From a virus (Duplodnaviria; Caudoviricetes): a stretch of DNA of 47,254 nucleotides. This document shows positions 46,425 through 47,254 of this stretch, piece after piece. Both the position numbers and the translations under genes were made by a program. The DNA lies in IMG/VR virus record IMGVR_UViG_3300044475_000066, positions 1-47,254 of that record; one strand, written 5' to 3'. The stretch's first letter is position 1. Each line of letters opens with the position of its first letter. The notes beneath the pieces were generated by a model. The model had not been told where the DNA came from. It made no database searches and saw only the letters and a program-made list of their open reading frames with translations.

Positions 46425-46669
46425 TGTGCACACCGAACCAATTGGCAGTCCGCAAACTGCTCAGAGAAAAGCCGGATGGCCTTTCGGCGTCTCAGATGGT
46501 GGAGATGACCGGGAAGACGCGAGGCGAGATTCACGGGGCGCTACGCAAGATGCCCGACGTTTACATCGACCGTTGGTACGAGGGGCGCGGTGGGCTCGGC
46601 ACCGCTATCTGGTGCGCCGTTGTGCCGCCTGCCGACTGCCCTATGCCTGATTTTTCAAAGAAGGAGTGA
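46424..46669 (+). CDS. Putative HTH protein
   Basis: VRKLLREKPDGLSASQMVEMTG..MPDVYIDRW. Confidence 0.6.
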   Translation: MCTPNQLAVRKLLREKPDGLSASQMVEMTGKTRGEIHGALRKMPDVYIDRWYEGRGGLGTAIWCAVVPPADCPMPDFSKKE

Positions 46670-46672
46670 TTT

Positions 46673-46993
46673 ATGACGACAGAACAACCAGAAGCGCTGC
46701 GGCTTGCTGACGCTCTAGCAGTGGAATCAGATAGCGCCATCAAGTCTGTGAAATACAGCACTGCCAAAAAAGCAGCCGCAGAACTGCTCCGCCAGCACGC
46801 CCGCATTGCCGAGCTTGAGGCGCATATTGCAGCAGCCCCACAGGCAGCGCCAGCCGACATGCAGTTGCTCAAGTTCTACGGCGTAGCTACAGCAGCCGAG
46901 CTAATCGCCGCACAGGCGAAGCACATCGAAAAGCTGCAGTCGAAGCTCCCGCAAAACCCATCTTTTGCGCCTCAGCAGGTGCGTGAAGGTTGA
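46673..46993 (+). CDS. Hypothetical protein
   Basis: RBS AGGAG; QPEALRLADAL..AAELLRQHARIAELE. Confidence 0.65.
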   Translation: MTTEQPEALRLADALAVESDSAIKSVKYSTAKKAAAELLRQHARIAELEAHIAAAPQAAPADMQLLKFYGVATAAELIAAQAKHIEKLQSKLPQNPSFAPQQVREG

Positions 46994-47254
46994 TATGAAA
47001 ATAAGCAAACATCTTGCCGAGCATGCAGTGTCTGAGCTGATGCATATTGGCTATACCGTTGAAGGGGACCGGCTAATCCCACCGGAGAAGCTGTCTAGCG
47101 TTGCCTGCCAATTCTTTGGCGTGCAGCCAGCAGCCCCACAGGCAGCGCCAGCCGACATGCAGTTGCTCAAGTTCTACGGCGTAGCTACAGCAGCCGAGCT
47201 AATCGCCGCACAGGCGAAGCACATCGAAAAGCTGCAGTCGAAGCTCCCGCAAAA
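46830..47254 (+). repeat. 127-bp exact direct repeat (46830-46956 and 47128-47254)
   Basis: Base-by-base identity up to the window end. Confidence 0.9.
46995..47254 (+). CDS. Hypothetical protein, truncated by window end
   Basis: Open from ATG 46995; shares its last 42 codons in frame with the previous gene. Confidence 0.5.
   Translation, partial: MKISKHLAEHAVSELMHIGYTVEGDRLIPPEKLSSVACQFFGVQPAAPQAAPADMQLLKFYGVATAAELIAAQAKHIEKLQSKLPQ

Overview
Most of a temperate, lambda-like tailed phage genome (partial contig; GC-rich; host probably a betaproteobacterium, by inference only). Positions ~409-27889 (+ strand) hold the late genes: terminase, portal, collagen-like fibres, a GH108 lysis cassette, ClpP-type protease, capsid, non-contractile tail and spanins. 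Positions ~27938-43749 (- strand) hold early genes: thyA, a probable intact attP, tyrosine integrase, SNF2 helicase, MazG-like protein, VRR-NUC, exonuclease, family B DNA polymerase, DUF2815 SSB and DUF2800 nuclease. A divergent array of small genes runs from 43929 to the end. No repressor or primase is recognisable, so the genome is probably incomplete. The standout region is a separately promoted ~1.8 kb insert between terL and the head-tail joining gene (3032-4814). It contains ~1.35 kb of densely structured non-coding sequence: a tRNA-Glu(UUC) with U37, an anticodon-less tRNA mimic, several 16-21 bp closing stems and a kissing-loop tRNA-like module. This is followed by an unlisted 45-aa peptide that ends like the redox tail of ribonucleotide reductase alpha subunits. 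Other features read directly from the sequence: a repeated late-promoter motif, a shared operator, a terminator/antiterminator switch before the tape measure gene, DnaA boxes plus 35-bp repeats upstream of terS, and repeated gene-junction linkers. All protein family calls come from motif recognition, not database searches.
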